Notes: a model not told the origin generated them from the sequence alone. Counted from the first letter of the stretch, positions 1 to 10,583 are shown. The stretch is DNA of 64,000 bases from an uncultured Gemmatimonadales bacterium (GCA_963748815.1 CAVVKJ010000019.1:25921-89920), one strand, 5' to 3'. A program made the numbers and translations.

Positions 1-57
1 CCGTGAAGGCGGCGCCACCTCCGGCGCCCAAGGCCCCCACCTCAACGAAGCGCCGCA

Positions 58-93
58 CCACAAAGAAATAGCGGGGCAGTTGACCTGCCCCGC
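58..93 (-). terminator. putative intrinsic terminator downstream of the kinase/TPR gene
   Basis: 9-bp GC stem GCGGGGCAG(71-79)/ttgac/CTGCCCCGC(85-93). On the minus strand it is followed by TATTTCTTT and lies just 3' of the TAG at 110-112. Confidence 0.5.
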
Positions 94-109
94 TGCCCCC
101 CTGCCCCGC

Positions 110-1942
110 CTAACTCCCCTTCACCATCTTCTCAAACCGCGGATTCCCCCGCAGCGGATTGAAGGTCGGATCGATGTTCAGCCAGGCCGGCGTGATGATA
201 GTATGGCCTCTGGAGCAGCTGCCTCGATCACGTCGAGCGCCTTTTCCTGCTCTCCCGACGCGCCAGGTAGGTGCGGATCAGCAGGATCATGTTGTAGCTG
301 GTGTTGCTTCTGCCCGCTCGCTTCACCTGCGACGGCGCGTTCGGCAGTAGCGAGCGCGTCGGCCTTCCGGCCGACGTAGGCGAGCATCAGGCCGTAGAGT
401 CCCAGCGTCTGCCCGTCGTTCGGGCGACGCCTGCCAGCTGCGCCTCGGTGGCGGGCAGCGCCGAGTCGGCGTACACCCGGGCCATGTGCCAGGTCGCCCT
501 GTTCCGCGTGCGCGATCGCGAGCGTCTGTCCCCACCACGCGCGGTCGTTGTCGAAGGCGGCCGGAGTCAGGCGGAAGAGCAGGTCGCGCTCGGCTGGTTC
601 GAGCGCCCAGGACAGCTCGTAGTATCCACCGAAGATGGCGGCCACCTGCGGGGCCGGTTCCCGCGGTCAATCGCGACGCGAATCACCTCCCGCGCCCCCT
701 TGAGGTCGCCCTGCGCCAGGTACACGATCGCCTGCCACTCGATCAGGTTGAGGTCGTCCGGCGCCAGCAGGACATGGCGGCCTGGCTCCGGCGTCGATCG
801 CCTCGCGGAATCGCCGCTGGAAGAGGTACACCTGCTGCAGGGAGCCAAGGCGTGGAGCTCGATCGGGGGTCGAGTTCCCGTGCCCGCTCAAGCTTCGCCG
901 TGGCCGCGTCATGCGTCCCGTGCTGAGGTCGGCCCGGCGGCCATGGCCAAGGACCTCGGCGTCGTTCGGCGCCAGCTGCGAGCGCCCGGTATGACCGTGG
1001 CGGCCGCCCGCCGGATCCGGCTCCACGATGCCCGTAGTACGTAGCCGCCGCCAGGTAGCCCGCGGGAGGTCGGGGTTGATCGCGATCGCCCGCTCCATGG
1101 CGCCTGCGCACGGGCGCTCGCGGACGCGGATCCCGACTGCCGTTGAAGTACACCCGGCTGAGCGCGAGCGAGAGCGCGGCCCAGGCGTCCACGAAGGTGG
1201 AGTCGAGCGCCACCGCCTGCTCGAAGTAGCCGGCGGCTGTCCGCATCGTGCCCACGTCCGAGCTGGTGAGCGCCTTGCCCTTCAGGTAGAGGTCGTAGGC
1301 CGCCACGTTTGCGTGGGACGCTCCGCCAGTTCCCGCTGCTTCCTGCGCGCCAAGTTGGGCGCCCAGCGCGCCCGCCACACGCGACGCGATCTGCGACTGG
1401 ACTTCGAACACGTCGGTCACGTCGGTGTCGAAGCTCTGCTGCCAGGTCGTGGCGCCCGTCTGCGACCGTCCACCAGCTCCGGCACCACCTGCACCCGGCG
1501 CGCGCCACCCACCCCGACGGCCCAGCGCACCTTGCCGACCAGGAGATAGTCGGCCCCGAGTTCCCTCGCGATTTCCTGCGGCGATCTTGGCGCTGCCGCG
1601 GTACTGGCTGGCGCTGCTCGACGCGATGACGGTGATGCCGTTGACCCGGGCCAGCTTGCCGCGCACCTCGTCGGCGATGCCGTCGGCAAAATAGGCATCC
1701 TCGGCGGGGCCCTGATTCTCGAAGGGGAGGATGGCCAGGTGATTGCCACCGCGCGCGCCGCGGCACCGCTCCGCCGCCCGGTCCCGACAACGCCAGTGCG
1801 GTCGCGATGCCGGCCCACAGGAGGAGTGCGGCCACCCCGCCGATGGTGGCGAACCGCCAGGTAAACCATCGCCCGAGCGGATGGCGTGACCGAGCCTCGA
1901 CCGGCGCCGCGCCTCCACCTTGCCGGTGATCATCAGGACCAT
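110..1942 (-). pseudogene. frameshifted periplasmic (TolB-N-like) + TPR C-terminal region belonging to the kinase gene
   Basis: Sensible peptide segments alternate between all three minus frames: '[23 protein letters not shown]', '[18 protein letters not shown]', '[19 protein letters not shown]', '[11 protein letters not shown]', '[18 protein letters not shown]', '[12 protein letters not shown]', final 'LNIDPTFNPLRGNPRFEKMVKGS*'. At least 5 frame changes are needed. Confidence 0.55.
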
Positions 1943-3083
1943 CGCGCCGATCCAGAGCAGCCCGAGCGCCAGCCCGAAGGTCCAGCTGCGGCAGGTTCCA
2001 CTGCCGAATCAGCGCGCTCACCAATGCCAGCATCCCCATGCAGCCGAGCGCGAAGAGTCCCCAGACCTGCAGCGGTGCGGGGCCGGCGGACACCGGGACC
2101 TCGCTCGTGCCGCTCCGCGATCCTTCGATAGCGCGGTCCAGCGCGGCGACCATCTCCCCGGCGTTGGCGTACCGGTCGGAAGGGCTCTTGGCCAGCGCCT
2201 TCATCACGGAGCTGTTCACCCCGGCCGGCAGCCCCGCCCGCGACGTGGTAAGCGAGCGCGGCTCCTCGGTCAGGCTGCGGGTGATGATGGCCCGCGCCGT
2301 GGGGCCGGTGAAGGGCGGCTCGCCGGCCATCATCTCGTACATCACCGCGCCCAGCGCGTAGATGTCCGCCCGGCCGTCCACCTCGCGCTCGCCGGTGGCC
2401 TGCTCCGGCGCCATGTACTGCGGCGTGCCGACCGCGAGCCCGGTCTTGGTGAGGACCTCCCCTTCGTCACCCAGCGCGCGTGCAATCCCGAAGTCCGCCA
2501 CCAGCGCATGCCCCGACTGGAGCAGGATGTTCCCCGGCTTGATGTCGCGGTGGATGATGCCGCGGGTGTGTGCGTAGGCCAGCGCTTCGGCCACCTCGCG
2601 CCCCAACCGCATCGTCTCGCTGATCGAAAGCTGCCCCTGCTTGGCGACATACTCCTTCAGCGTCTCCCCTTCCACATACGGCATCACGTAGTACAGGATG
2701 CCATCAGCCTCCCCGGAGTCGTGCATGGGGAGGATGTGGGGGTGATTGAGCTGCGCCGCCACCTGCACCTCGCGCAGAAAGCGATCGGCGCCGAGGGTGG
2801 CGGCCAGTTCCGGTCGCATCACCTTGACCGCCACCTTGCGGTTGTGCTTCTGGTCGTGCGCCAGGTACACCGTGGCCATGCCCCCCTCTCCGAGGACACG
2901 CTCGATCTGGTAGCGGCCGGCGAGCGCCTTCTTCACCTGGGCCACTTCGACCATTCCGGTGGCGGCGGTGCGCGATGGCACTCCCGGATCGGTAGGAGTG
3001 GCAACGCCGCAACGGAGGCAAAATTGTGCCTCTTCAGGCAGTGGTGTCTGGCAGGCGGGACAGGCGCGGGCAGCGGTGGTCAT
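909..3083 (-). CDS. Ser/Thr protein kinase (N-terminal zinc ribbon, Hanks-type kinase domain, one TM helix); true C-terminus continues in other frames
   Basis: ATG at 3083. 'CPACQ..CLRCG' zinc ribbon. Kinase motifs 'GEGGMATVY', 'VAVKVM', '[11 protein letters not shown]', 'VADFGIA', 'YMAPEQ'. Hydrophobic '[20 protein letters not shown]'. After about 1,950 the called frame turns into Arg/Gly-rich nonsense. Confidence 0.85.
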   Translation of the reverse strand: MTTAARACPACQTPLPEEAQFCLRCGVATPTDPGVPSRTAATGMVEVAQVKKALAGRYQIERVLGEGGMATVYLAHDQKHNRKVAVKVMRPELAATLGADRFLREVQVAAQLNHPHILPMHDSGEADGILYYVMPYVEGETLKEYVAKQGQLSISETMRLGREVAEALAYAHTRGIIHRDIKPGNILLQSGHALVADFGIARALGDEGEVLTKTGLAVGTPQYMAPEQATGEREVDGRADIYALGAVMYEMMAGEPPFTGPTARAIITRSLTEEPRSLTTSRAGLPAGVNSSVMKALAKSPSDRYANAGEMVAALDRAIEGSRSGTSEVPVSAGPAPLQVWGLFALGCMGMLALVSALIRQWNLPQLDLRAGARAALDRRDGPDDHRQGGGAAPVEARSRHPLGRWFTWRFATIGGVAALLLWAGIATALALSGPGGGAVPRRARWQSPGHPPLRESGPRRGCLFCRRHRRRGARQAGPGQRHHRHRVEQRQPVPRQRQDRRRKSRGNSGPTISWSARCAGPSGWVARAGCRWCRSWWTVADGRHDLAAELRHRRDRRVRSPVADRVACGGRAGRPTWRAGSSGNWRSVPRKRGGLRPLPEGQGAHQLGRGHDADSRRLLRAGGGARLHLRGRLGRALARAQPGVLQRQSGSASASARAQAPWSGRSRSTPTSRGLPGGGYVLRASWSRIRRAAATVIPGARSWRRTTPRSLAMAAGPTSARDA

Positions 3084-3255
3084 CGGTGCTCGGGAACGGG
3101 AAGGCGACCGCACATATATAGATGGGGGAGCCGGTAGAACTTCGCGCCAAACTGGAGCGGGCGCAAGATGCAGGGAGAGACCAGCTTGCCCTCGTTCCGG
3201 TGGCGCCCGGGCCGGGCGGACCGTACCTTCAACGCCTCCGTTACCACGAGCCGCC

Positions 3256-4554
3256 ATGTCCGGTCGAACCACATCCCTCCTGCTCACCCTGGCACTTGCC
3301 GGGGCCCCGATTCTGGTCGCGCAGGGGCTCCCCTCCGGTCAGGCGTCGCGGCTCGGGTTCGATCCGGCACGTCTCGCCCGGATCGACACCCTCTTCCAGT
3401 CTTATGTGGACGCCGGTCGAACACCGGGGGTCGTCGCCATCATCGCGCGGCGGGGACAGGTCGTGTGGAGCGGCGCCTTCGGGATGGCCAATCGCGAGGC
3501 CGGGCGGCCGATGACGCCGGACGCGCTCTTCCGGATCGCCTCCCAAACCAAGGCCGTGACGAGTGTCGCGGCGATGATTCTGATCGAGGAGGGACGGCTT
3601 CGGCTGAGCGAGCCGGTGTCCAAGTACATCCCGGGCTTTGTGGGTGCCCGCGTGGCCGTGGCCACCGATACCGGTCGCGCGTTGGTCGCCATCCACCGTG
3701 CGATCACCATCCGCCAGCTCCTGACCCAGACCGCCGGCCTCTCCTATGGCACCGACTCGCTCCTTCGCGACGACTATCGCGCCGCCGGACTCGGTCCCGC
3801 CGCTGGCTACGGCTGGTACCTGGCCGACAAGCCGGAGCCGATCTGCGCCACGATGGACCGACTGAGCACCCTGCCCCTGGCAGCCCAGCCGGGCGAGGTG
3901 TGGATCTATGGCTATGCCACCGACGTCCTGGGATGCGTCGTGGAGCGGGCCGCGGGAATGCCACTCGATCAGTTCTTCCGGAAACGGATCCTCGCGCCGC
4001 TCGAGATGCGCGATACCTGGTTCTTCCCGCCGGCCTCCGTCCGTGATCGGATGACCACCGTCTACTCCGTCACCCCCGAGGGCACACTGGTGCGCGCGCC
4101 GGACGGGGCGATGGGTCAGGGCGACTACATCGACGGGCCCCGGCAGGATTTTTCCGGTGGCGCCGGGCTGGTGTCCACGGCGGGGGACTACGCGCGGTTT
4201 CTGCAGATGCTGCTCAACGGCGGCCAACTCGACGGGGCGCGCATTCTCTCCCCTGCCACGGTGTCCCTGATGAGCGTCGATCAAGTGGATTCGCTGTACC
4301 CGGTCCGCGGCAGTGGCTTCGGACTCGGCTTCCAGGTCCTCGAGGACCCCGGCCTGGCGGGCGAGTACGGCTCGGTAGGCCGTTTCGGATGGGGAGGAGC
4401 CTACGCGACCAACTATTGGGTGGACCCCGCCGAGGAACTGGTGGTGGTGTTGATGCAGCAACTTCTGCCGGCGCGCGGATTGGACCTGACGGATAAGTTT
4501 CGGACGATGGTCTACGCCGCGCTCATTTCGTCCCCACGCAGCCAAGGACAGTGA
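3256..4554 (+). CDS. serine hydrolase, beta-lactamase/PBP4*-like family (secreted)
   Basis: ATG at 3256. Signal peptide '[17 protein letters not shown]'. Active-site 'ASQTK' (SxxK). Length and '[14 protein letters not shown]' C-terminal block are typical of the class C beta-lactamase fold. Confidence 0.85.
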   Translation: MSGRTTSLLLTLALAGAPILVAQGLPSGQASRLGFDPARLARIDTLFQSYVDAGRTPGVVAIIARRGQVVWSGAFGMANREAGRPMTPDALFRIASQTKAVTSVAAMILIEEGRLRLSEPVSKYIPGFVGARVAVATDTGRALVAIHRAITIRQLLTQTAGLSYGTDSLLRDDYRAAGLGPAAGYGWYLADKPEPICATMDRLSTLPLAAQPGEVWIYGYATDVLGCVVERAAGMPLDQFFRKRILAPLEMRDTWFFPPASVRDRMTTVYSVTPEGTLVRAPDGAMGQGDYIDGPRQDFSGGAGLVSTAGDYARFLQMLLNGGQLDGARILSPATVSLMSVDQVDSLYPVRGSGFGLGFQVLEDPGLAGEYGSVGRFGWGGAYATNYWVDPAEELVVVLMQQLLPARGLDLTDKFRTMVYAALISSPRSQGQ

Positions 4555-4556
4555 TC

Positions 4557-5141
4557 ATGCGCCTCGTTCGATTCGCCCCTGCGTTCGTCCTCCTCACCCT
4601 CGTGGCCGTGCCGCTCACCGCCCAGGACCGGACCGTCGCCTGGCAGGTCGCCGCCGCAGTCCTCCCCCTCCCCGACAGCATGCGGGCCGGCGCCGAGGTC
4701 CTCGGCTACAAGACCGCCGGCGGGCCGCTGGTGCAGATCCGGGCCGGCACCAACGAGATGATCTGCCTGACCGACGATCCGGCCAACGAGGGCTACGCCG
4801 CTCACTGCTACCACAAGTCGCTGGCGGCGTTCATGTCGCGGGGCCGCGAACTCCGCGCCGCCGGCGTCACGAAGCGCTCGGCGGTCGATTCCGCCCGGCT
4901 CGCCGAAATCAACGCCGGGACCCTCAAGATGCCGGCCGGCGGCGCCGCACTCTATTCACTCTATGCCGACAGCCTCAACTTCGACCCGATGGCTGGGCGG
5001 CCGAAGAACTCAAGCAAGCTGCTCTCGTTCTACCTCCCCTACGCCACGCAGGAATCGACCGGCATCTCGGCGGTGCCGCTCAATGACCAGCCGTGGCTGA
5101 TGTACCCCGGCAAGCCGTGGGCGCACTTGATGATTCAGTAG
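4557..5141 (+). CDS. secreted hypothetical protein
   Basis: ATG 4557 lies 8 nt after 'AAGGA' (alternative GTG 4551 overlaps the upstream stop). Signal peptide 'FAPAFVLLTLVAVPLTAQD'. No family recognised. Confidence 0.6.
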   Translation: MRLVRFAPAFVLLTLVAVPLTAQDRTVAWQVAAAVLPLPDSMRAGAEVLGYKTAGGPLVQIRAGTNEMICLTDDPANEGYAAHCYHKSLAAFMSRGRELRAAGVTKRSAVDSARLAEINAGTLKMPAGGAALYSLYADSLNFDPMAGRPKNSSKLLSFYLPYATQESTGISAVPLNDQPWLMYPGKPWAHLMIQ

Positions 5142-5143
5142 GA

Positions 5144-5219
5144 GGGGAAGCGGGGAAGCGGGGAAGCGGGGAAGCGGGGAAGCGGGGAAGCGGGGAAGCG
5201 GGGAAGCGGGGAAGCGGGG
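5144..5219. repeat. perfect 8-bp tandem repeat (GGGGAAGC)x9 plus a partial unit
   Basis: Counted directly: nine contiguous units 5144-5215, then GGGG. The same motif occurs on the opposite strand at 14060-14085 (about 2.5 units). Confidence 0.95.
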
Positions 5220-5324
5220 CCGAAGTTGCGAAACGCGTGATGGGCTGTCAAGCGCCTCTCTCACGGAATCGATCAACCGGGACGATCCGATCATCCGGCA
5301 CGAAGTGTTGGGTTCGCTTGAATA

Positions 5325-5473
5325 GGGGTGGGCGTGAGCCCACCCCGGTCGATGGGCCCGCGCATGGGATCGCGATCGGGTCGGCGAGCCCACCCCGGTC
5401 GAAGCGCCCGCGCACGGGGTTGCAATCGGCATCGGAATTGATGCCCACCCCGGTCGTTGGGCCCGCGCATGGG
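5325..5473. repeat. palindrome GGGGTGGGCGTGAGCCCACCCC followed by three spaced copies of GCCCACCCCGGTCG-N4-GCCCGCGCAYGGGG
   Basis: Copies at about 5337-5367, 5387-5419 and 5443-5473, spaced about 50-56 bp. The palindrome recurs at 11399-11421. Confidence 0.8.
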
Positions 5474-5506
5474 GCCGCTAGTCGCGCGTTGGCGTCCGCC
5501 CATCCC

Positions 5507-6358
5507 TCATGGCAACAGGTCAAACTCCCAGACATAACCGCCGGCACCCATCACATAGGCGGTCGAGCTGGCATCGTCCGCGATGATGTCCGCGTCGAGC
5601 CAACCCCCGACGCTCCCTTCAGCCTCGGGAGGCGAGTCGAGTCGGCCGAGGAGTGCCAGGGTGGCGGCGTCGTACACCAGGATATCCGGGGCGGATCCCC
5701 GCTGAATCGCCACCAGGAGCCTGGTGTCGTTGCGCGCCAGGGCAAGCCCGAGCACTTCAAAGGCATACACCGGGAGCGGGGCCTGGCCCAGCACCGTGCC
5801 GTCGGATGCCTCCACGACAACGATCCCGCTCGCCCCCACATACAGGGTGCCGCCGTCCGCCGTGAACGCTGCGCCGGAAACTCGCCCAGAGGTCGGCACC
5901 CGGTACAGCGTGTCCCCGGTCGACATCTGGAAGACCACCGCCCCGCCGGAATAGCCGCCGTTGGCGATGGCCCGGTCCGCGACTCTGGACAACGTGAAGT
6001 GATGCGGGTCTTCGATCTGCACTGCATACGTCGGCAGCCCGGGCCGGATGACGTCAGTCGTGTGATTGTGCGTGTTGAGCCACACGTTCTCGCTCAACCG
6101 GACGATGATCCTGGCATAGGGACTCTGCAAGAACGACGGTACCGAATCCACCAGCGTCGGTCCCGGAAGGAGTTGCCATTCGGCGATCATGCCGGCGCTG
6201 TCGCGGAGGATGTAGCGGCTCGAGTCGAAGGTGACTCCAACCGCACGTAGACTCCACACATCGACAGGCTTGACCCCCGGCATCGGGATGACACGCTGCT
6301 GCTCAAGGGCGACGAGCCCGGTCTCACCGGCGAGAGGTTGGGGGTAGACCCCGGCCAC
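5507..6358 (-). CDS. hypothetical protein, beta-rich (probable C-terminal part of the lipoprotein starting at 6791)
   Basis: 283-aa ORF with good GC3 bias. Repeated 'G..LYV/ LLVA' strand-like segments. No start context of its own; overlaps the upstream ORF in another frame. Confidence 0.6.
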   Translation of the reverse strand: MAGVYPQPLAGETGLVALEQQRVIPMPGVKPVDVWSLRAVGVTFDSSRYILRDSAGMIAEWQLLPGPTLVDSVPSFLQSPYARIIVRLSENVWLNTHNHTTDVIRPGLPTYAVQIEDPHHFTLSRVADRAIANGGYSGGAVVFQMSTGDTLYRVPTSGRVSGAAFTADGGTLYVGASGIVVVEASDGTVLGQAPLPVYAFEVLGLALARNDTRLLVAIQRGSAPDILVYDAATLALLGRLDSPPEAEGSVGGWLDADIIADDASSTAYVMGAGGYVWEFDLLP

Positions 6359-6791
6359 GCCGAATGGGCCACCCGTGGACCTGGAATAGTACGGGATTTC
6401 CGAACACTGCTGGACTCGTTATCCAATACTCCCGAAACCCCACAATCCCCACCGAATCGACCAGGTAGCTCGTCGCCCCGTCGATCACCTCGATGGCCGC
6501 TGGTTGTGTGGAAATCGATGGGAGGGTCGCCGAGAGGGTGCTGTCGTCGACACGCGTGACGACCATTTCGATGCCGGCCGCCGTCACCGGCGGCAGCGAA
6601 TCGAGCTCGTCGAAGAACTGCGAGCGAATCAGGATCGCTCCACCGGCCCACTGCGCCGTCGGTGACACGCCAAAGGTGGGCGGCACCGCAGTCGGCTCCG
6701 AGGAGTCGCTGCAGGCGGCCAGGAGCAGGAGAAGGAGAAGGACCAAGCGGGGTGGAGGCGCATCAACACCCCTCGAACGTGGGAGACTCAA
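6324..6791 (-). CDS. lipoprotein N-terminal part (likely one gene with 5507-6358, frameshift near 6,330-6,360)
   Basis: Lipobox 'LLLLLLLAACS'. The ORF ends in Arg-rich junk exactly where ORF 5507-6358 opens in another frame. Confidence 0.55.
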   Translation of the reverse strand: MSLPRSRGVDAPPPRLVLLLLLLLAACSDSSEPTAVPPTFGVSPTAQWAGGAILIRSQFFDELDSLPPVTAAGIEMVVTRVDDSTLSATLPSISTQPAAIEVIDGATSYLVDSVGIVGFREYWITSPAVFGNPVLFQVHGWPIRRGRGLPPTSRR

Positions 6792-6925
6792 GCCACGTTA
6801 CGGCAGGATCTTCAGGCCGTCAATGGCGTCTCGGGCGGCCCCGCTCACCCCATGGAGTGCGGCGGTGGGCACACGGAGCGGCGTGGCCGATGTGACCACC
6901 GCAACGCGAACGCCAAAACGGGGGG

Positions 6926-9055
6926 TTAGGTCGTGGATTCCCGGACCCGGATAGGAAGCGCCACGACCGTCTTGCCCGCCCATTGCAGCCGCCGCTGGAT
7001 GGCCATCGCCGTCTCGTTGTGAAGGATCCGCTGCCACCAGCGGTCCTTCTGGAAGATCATTCTCCCGGTGAAGAACGTGGTGCGAGGGAACTCTCGGGCA
7101 ACCTCGAGGCACAGTCGCTCCGCCTCGGCGACGATCTCCGTCCCGATCGCCATCCTCGACGTGGCCGGCACACCCAGATGGCGGGCGAGCGCAATGTATT
7201 TGTCGAGCATCTCCTCTGTCCGCGCCCGAAGGTCGTCGACCGCGTGTTCCCCCTTGAACTCTCCCGAATCCACGACACCCACGCTCAGGAAGACGACATT
7301 GCCAAAGTGTCCTGGAAAGGACCGGAAGACGTTCAGGACCGTGTGAATCCCCACACCGTCGTAGGACGGCACCAGGACGGCCGCCGTGGGCCGGGCGGGG
7401 TCGACCGCTGTTGGTGAGCTCGCCTCCTCCGACCGCTGCCCTGGCAGGTCGCCCAGTTCGTCGTAGAGGGCGCGCACCCCCGCCGCCGCCCGGCGATAGT
7501 GGGCCCGGATCCGGAAGCAGCATCCAATGACGAGGGCGGTGATCCCCATCGTGACCCAGCCACCTTCGGCGAACTTCTCGTAGAGGGTGACGCCGAGGAT
7601 GGTGGCGCAGAGGAGGAACGCCGATGCGAAGAGCGCCAGCCGGCGCTTCCAGAAGGGCCGTACCCGTCGATGCTGTATCCAGAACCGGAGCATCGCGAAC
7701 ATCGAGAGCGAAAACGTCACGAACACGTTGATGCTGTACATCACCACCAGGTGCCCGACATCCCCGCCCGTGTAGACCAGGGCCGCGCAGCCCGCCCCCG
7801 CCATGAGGAGGATGCCGTTCCGTGTGGTCAGCCGCTCGGAGAGCGCCGCAAACCGGTGGGGGACCCACGAATCCACCGCCATGTTGGCCAGGACCCGGGG
7901 GCCGTCGATGAACCCGGCCTGCGCCGCAACGACCAGGAGCGTCGCCTCCGAGAGCAGGAAGAGCACCACGAAGGTGCCGCCGAGGGGCAATCCCCCTGCG
8001 AGACGCTCGACGAGGACGGCGTTCATGGTCTTCCCCTCGACCGGCGTGAGTTGCCAGAGCAGGTAGCAGAGGAGGAGCCCGGAGGCGGTGAGGGCGAGTG
8101 AGGTGCCCATGTACACCATGGTGCGCTTCCCGGTGGCGGCCTTCGGCTCCCGCATGATGGGAAGTCCATTGGACACCGCTTCGATGCCGGTGTAGGTCCC
8201 TCCGCCCAGCGAATAGGCCCGCAGGAAGAGCACGAGGAGACCCGAGAGTCCGAGGGTGGACAATCCCTGCTGATAGCCGGTACGGAGTGCCGCCGACGTC
8301 TGTTCCAGTCGTGGCGCGGACGCCGCCAGCCCCGCCCCGATGATGAGGGCATGGGTCACCAGGAACAGGAGGAAGACCGGGAGCAGGGTCAGCACCGACT
8401 CGCGGACGCCCCGAATATTGAGCACCGTCAAGAGGAGCAGCAGCCCGAACTCGACGGGGAGTTTTGCGGCGAGCCAGGCCGAAGGCAGGAAGCTGAAGAG
8501 GGCGTCCCCCGCCGCCGCGATGGAGATCGTGATGGTCAGGACGTAGTCGACGAGGAGCGCCGAACCCGAGATCACGCCCGCCTCGGCGCCGAGCAGCTTG
8601 GTCGCCACGACGTACCCGCCGCCGCCGGTCGGGAATTCCTCGATGATCCGTCGATACGCGGCTGCGATGAGCAGTACCGTCGCCGCCATCAGGACGGCGA
8701 GCGGCAGGGCGAGGTAGGGGTGCGCACCGAGCTGCCGAAACGCCTCCTCGGGCCCATAGGCCGACGACGACAGTCCATCGGCCCCGAGCCCGACCCAGGC
8801 CAGGAACGGGACCAACGAGAGTCGGTGGAAGAGGCGGTGATCGTGGAGATCGCGCGGCTTCCCGAACACCACCTGTTTCAGCCGGCGCACGCCGAAGCGG
8901 CGCGGCTCCTGCACAGTCGACACCAGCAGACCCCTGGAGAGTTTGGTGGCCCGAATACTGGCTCGCGGACGACCCGCCGCCAGCCCCGTCCCAAAATCCT
9001 GATACAATCTTGAGGCGCCGATCACGTAGGTTTGACCCCATGGCGAACACTCCAC
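6926..9055 (-). CDS. APC-superfamily permease with a C-terminal cytoplasmic (Usp-like) domain
   Basis: About 12 hydrophobic segments. N-terminal 'KQVVFGKPRDLHDHRLFHRLSLVPFLAWVGLGADGLSSSAYGPEE' is typical of this permease family. About 230-aa soluble tail. Start uncertain (GTG 9055 would overlap the kinase gene; GTG 8924 is an alternative). Confidence 0.8.
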   Translation of the reverse strand: MECSPWGQTYVIGASRLYQDFGTGLAAGRPRASIRATKLSRGLLVSTVQEPRRFGVRRLKQVVFGKPRDLHDHRLFHRLSLVPFLAWVGLGADGLSSSAYGPEEAFRQLGAHPYLALPLAVLMAATVLLIAAAYRRIIEEFPTGGGGYVVATKLLGAEAGVISGSALLVDYVLTITISIAAAGDALFSFLPSAWLAAKLPVEFGLLLLLTVLNIRGVRESVLTLLPVFLLFLVTHALIIGAGLAASAPRLEQTSAALRTGYQQGLSTLGLSGLLVLFLRAYSLGGGTYTGIEAVSNGLPIMREPKAATGKRTMVYMGTSLALTASGLLLCYLLWQLTPVEGKTMNAVLVERLAGGLPLGGTFVVLFLLSEATLLVVAAQAGFIDGPRVLANMAVDSWVPHRFAALSERLTTRNGILLMAGAGCAALVYTGGDVGHLVVMYSINVFVTFSLSMFAMLRFWIQHRRVRPFWKRRLALFASAFLLCATILGVTLYEKFAEGGWVTMGITALVIGCCFRIRAHYRRAAAGVRALYDELGDLPGQRSEEASSPTAVDPARPTAAVLVPSYDGVGIHTVLNVFRSFPGHFGNVVFLSVGVVDSGEFKGEHAVDDLRARTEEMLDKYIALARHLGVPATSRMAIGTEIVAEAERLCLEVAREFPRTTFFTGRMIFQKDRWWQRILHNETAMAIQRRLQWAGKTVVALPIRVRESTT

Positions 9056-10575
9056 GCACCGAGTACGCGCTGGCTACCGGCATCGTCGCCCTGACGACGG
9101 CCGCGGGGTTCGTCCTTCGCGCGCAGCTCAACCCGACCGACGTCGCGATGGGGTTCCTGCTCGCGGTCGTACTGGTCGCGTCGCGGTGCGCCCGCGGACC
9201 GGCGGTGCTGGCCTCGGTGCTCAGCATCGCCATTTTCGATTTCGCGTTCGTCCCGCCCTACTACACCTTCAGCGTACACGATACCTCCTACATCCTGACC
9301 TTCGGCGTGATGCTGGTGGTGGCGCTGGTGATGAGCGGGTTGGTGGCGCAAATTCGCGAACAGGCGGCGGAGGCCCGGGCCCGGGAGAACATGACAGCCG
9401 CCATGTACCTCCTGAGCAAAGACCTCGCAGATGCCACATCCCGAAGTGATGTAATCAACGTCACGGAGTCGCACCTCCGGCGCCTGGTGGCGGGCACCCC
9501 GATCATTGTGCTGCAACGAGAAGGCGCCGCTCCCTCCAGCGCGCTCCATCTCCCTTCCATCGAGCCGTTCGCCAGCCTGGAGGTGCGAGTGGCCGTGGAA
9601 TGGGCGTTTGAACGAGGGGATTCCGCCGGACACGGGACGGCGCATTGCGCTGAGGCGGGCGCGCTGGCCGTTCCATTGCGGACAACGACCGGGACCATGG
9701 GTGTGGTGGCCGTGGTGGCGGGTGCGCACGACGAAGTCCCGACGCCGGCAGCGCGCGCCACGGTCGAGGCGCTGGCGGCCCTGGCGGCCACGGCGCTGGA
9801 GCGCACGGGGCTGGCCGAGCAGCACAAAGTCGCGCGCGCCGAGGTCGAGGCGGAACGGCTCCGCACCTCCCTGCTGAGCTCGTTGTCCCACGACCTGCGT
9901 ACGCCGCTGAGCAGCATTGAGGGCGCCGCCAGCAGTCTCTTCGAGGATCGCGGCGCGTTGCCGGCCGAACTTCGGCGGGATCTGGCGGAGTCGATCCTCG
10001 AGGAGTCGCAGCGGATGTCGCGCCTGGTGGTGAACCTCCTGGACATGATCCGGGTCGAGACGGGCGCGCTCGCGGTCAAGAAGGCGTGGCAGCCGCTCGA
10101 GGAAGTGCTGGGGGTCGTCCTCATCCGGATGGAGGATCGGCTGAAGAGCCACCCGGTCGAGGCTCGGCTCCCGGAGGACCTCCCGCTGGTCCCGGTCGAT
10201 GAGCTGCTGCTGGAACAGGTCTTCGCCAACCTCCTGGAGAACGCCGCCCGGCATACACCGCCCGGGACACCGATCACGATCCGGGCCTGGCCCGAGGCCG
10301 GTGCGGTGGTGGTGGAGGTGGCCGACCACGGCCCCGGCGTTCCGCCGGGGGAGGAGGAGAACATCTTCCAGAAGTTCTATCGCGGCGCGTCGACGACAGC
10401 GCTGCCCGGCAGCAGCACCGGCCTCGGGCTCACGATCTGTCGGGGAATCGTCGCGGTACACGGCGGGCGCATCTGGGTCGAATCGCGGGCCGGAGGGGGG
10501 GCGGCGTTTCGCTTCACCCTCACCCTTGACGGCCCGCCGATGGAGGCGCTGCCGGTCGAGCAGGTCAGCGGCTGA
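9040..10575 (+). CDS. sensor histidine kinase, KdpD C-terminal type (membrane DUF4118-like + HisKA + HATPase), lacking the KdpD N-terminal domains
   Basis: ATG 9040. 'LASVLSIAIFDFAFVPPYYTFSV' membrane block. H-box 'LSHDLRTPLSSI'. 'NLLENAARHTP', 'DHGPGV', 'GLGLTICRGIV' ATPase boxes. Confidence 0.85.
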   Translation: MANTPRTEYALATGIVALTTAAGFVLRAQLNPTDVAMGFLLAVVLVASRCARGPAVLASVLSIAIFDFAFVPPYYTFSVHDTSYILTFGVMLVVALVMSGLVAQIREQAAEARARENMTAAMYLLSKDLADATSRSDVINVTESHLRRLVAGTPIIVLQREGAAPSSALHLPSIEPFASLEVRVAVEWAFERGDSAGHGTAHCAEAGALAVPLRTTTGTMGVVAVVAGAHDEVPTPAARATVEALAALAATALERTGLAEQHKVARAEVEAERLRTSLLSSLSHDLRTPLSSIEGAASSLFEDRGALPAELRRDLAESILEESQRMSRLVVNLLDMIRVETGALAVKKAWQPLEEVLGVVLIRMEDRLKSHPVEARLPEDLPLVPVDELLLEQVFANLLENAARHTPPGTPITIRAWPEAGAVVVEVADHGPGVPPGEEENIFQKFYRGASTTALPGSSTGLGLTICRGIVAVHGGRIWVESRAGGGAAFRFTLTLDGPPMEALPVEQVSG

Positions 10576-10583
10576 GGACGATC

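Noticed and set aside
5144-5219. Possible CRISPR array
   Set aside because: The unit is 8 nt with no spacers, so this is a microsatellite. No repeat-spacer architecture or cas genes occur anywhere in the window (the Cas4-like domain at about 40.6 kb is part of a helicase fusion).
6798-9233. 811-aa ORF (and similar long ORFs 13495-15906, 15944-17494, 16108-17490, 21089-22615, 54597-55724, 59909-61654)
   Set aside because: They run antisense or out of frame to genes with clear family motifs, and their translations are Arg/Gly/Pro/Ala-rich low-complexity strings. These are typical shadow ORFs of roughly 70% G+C DNA.
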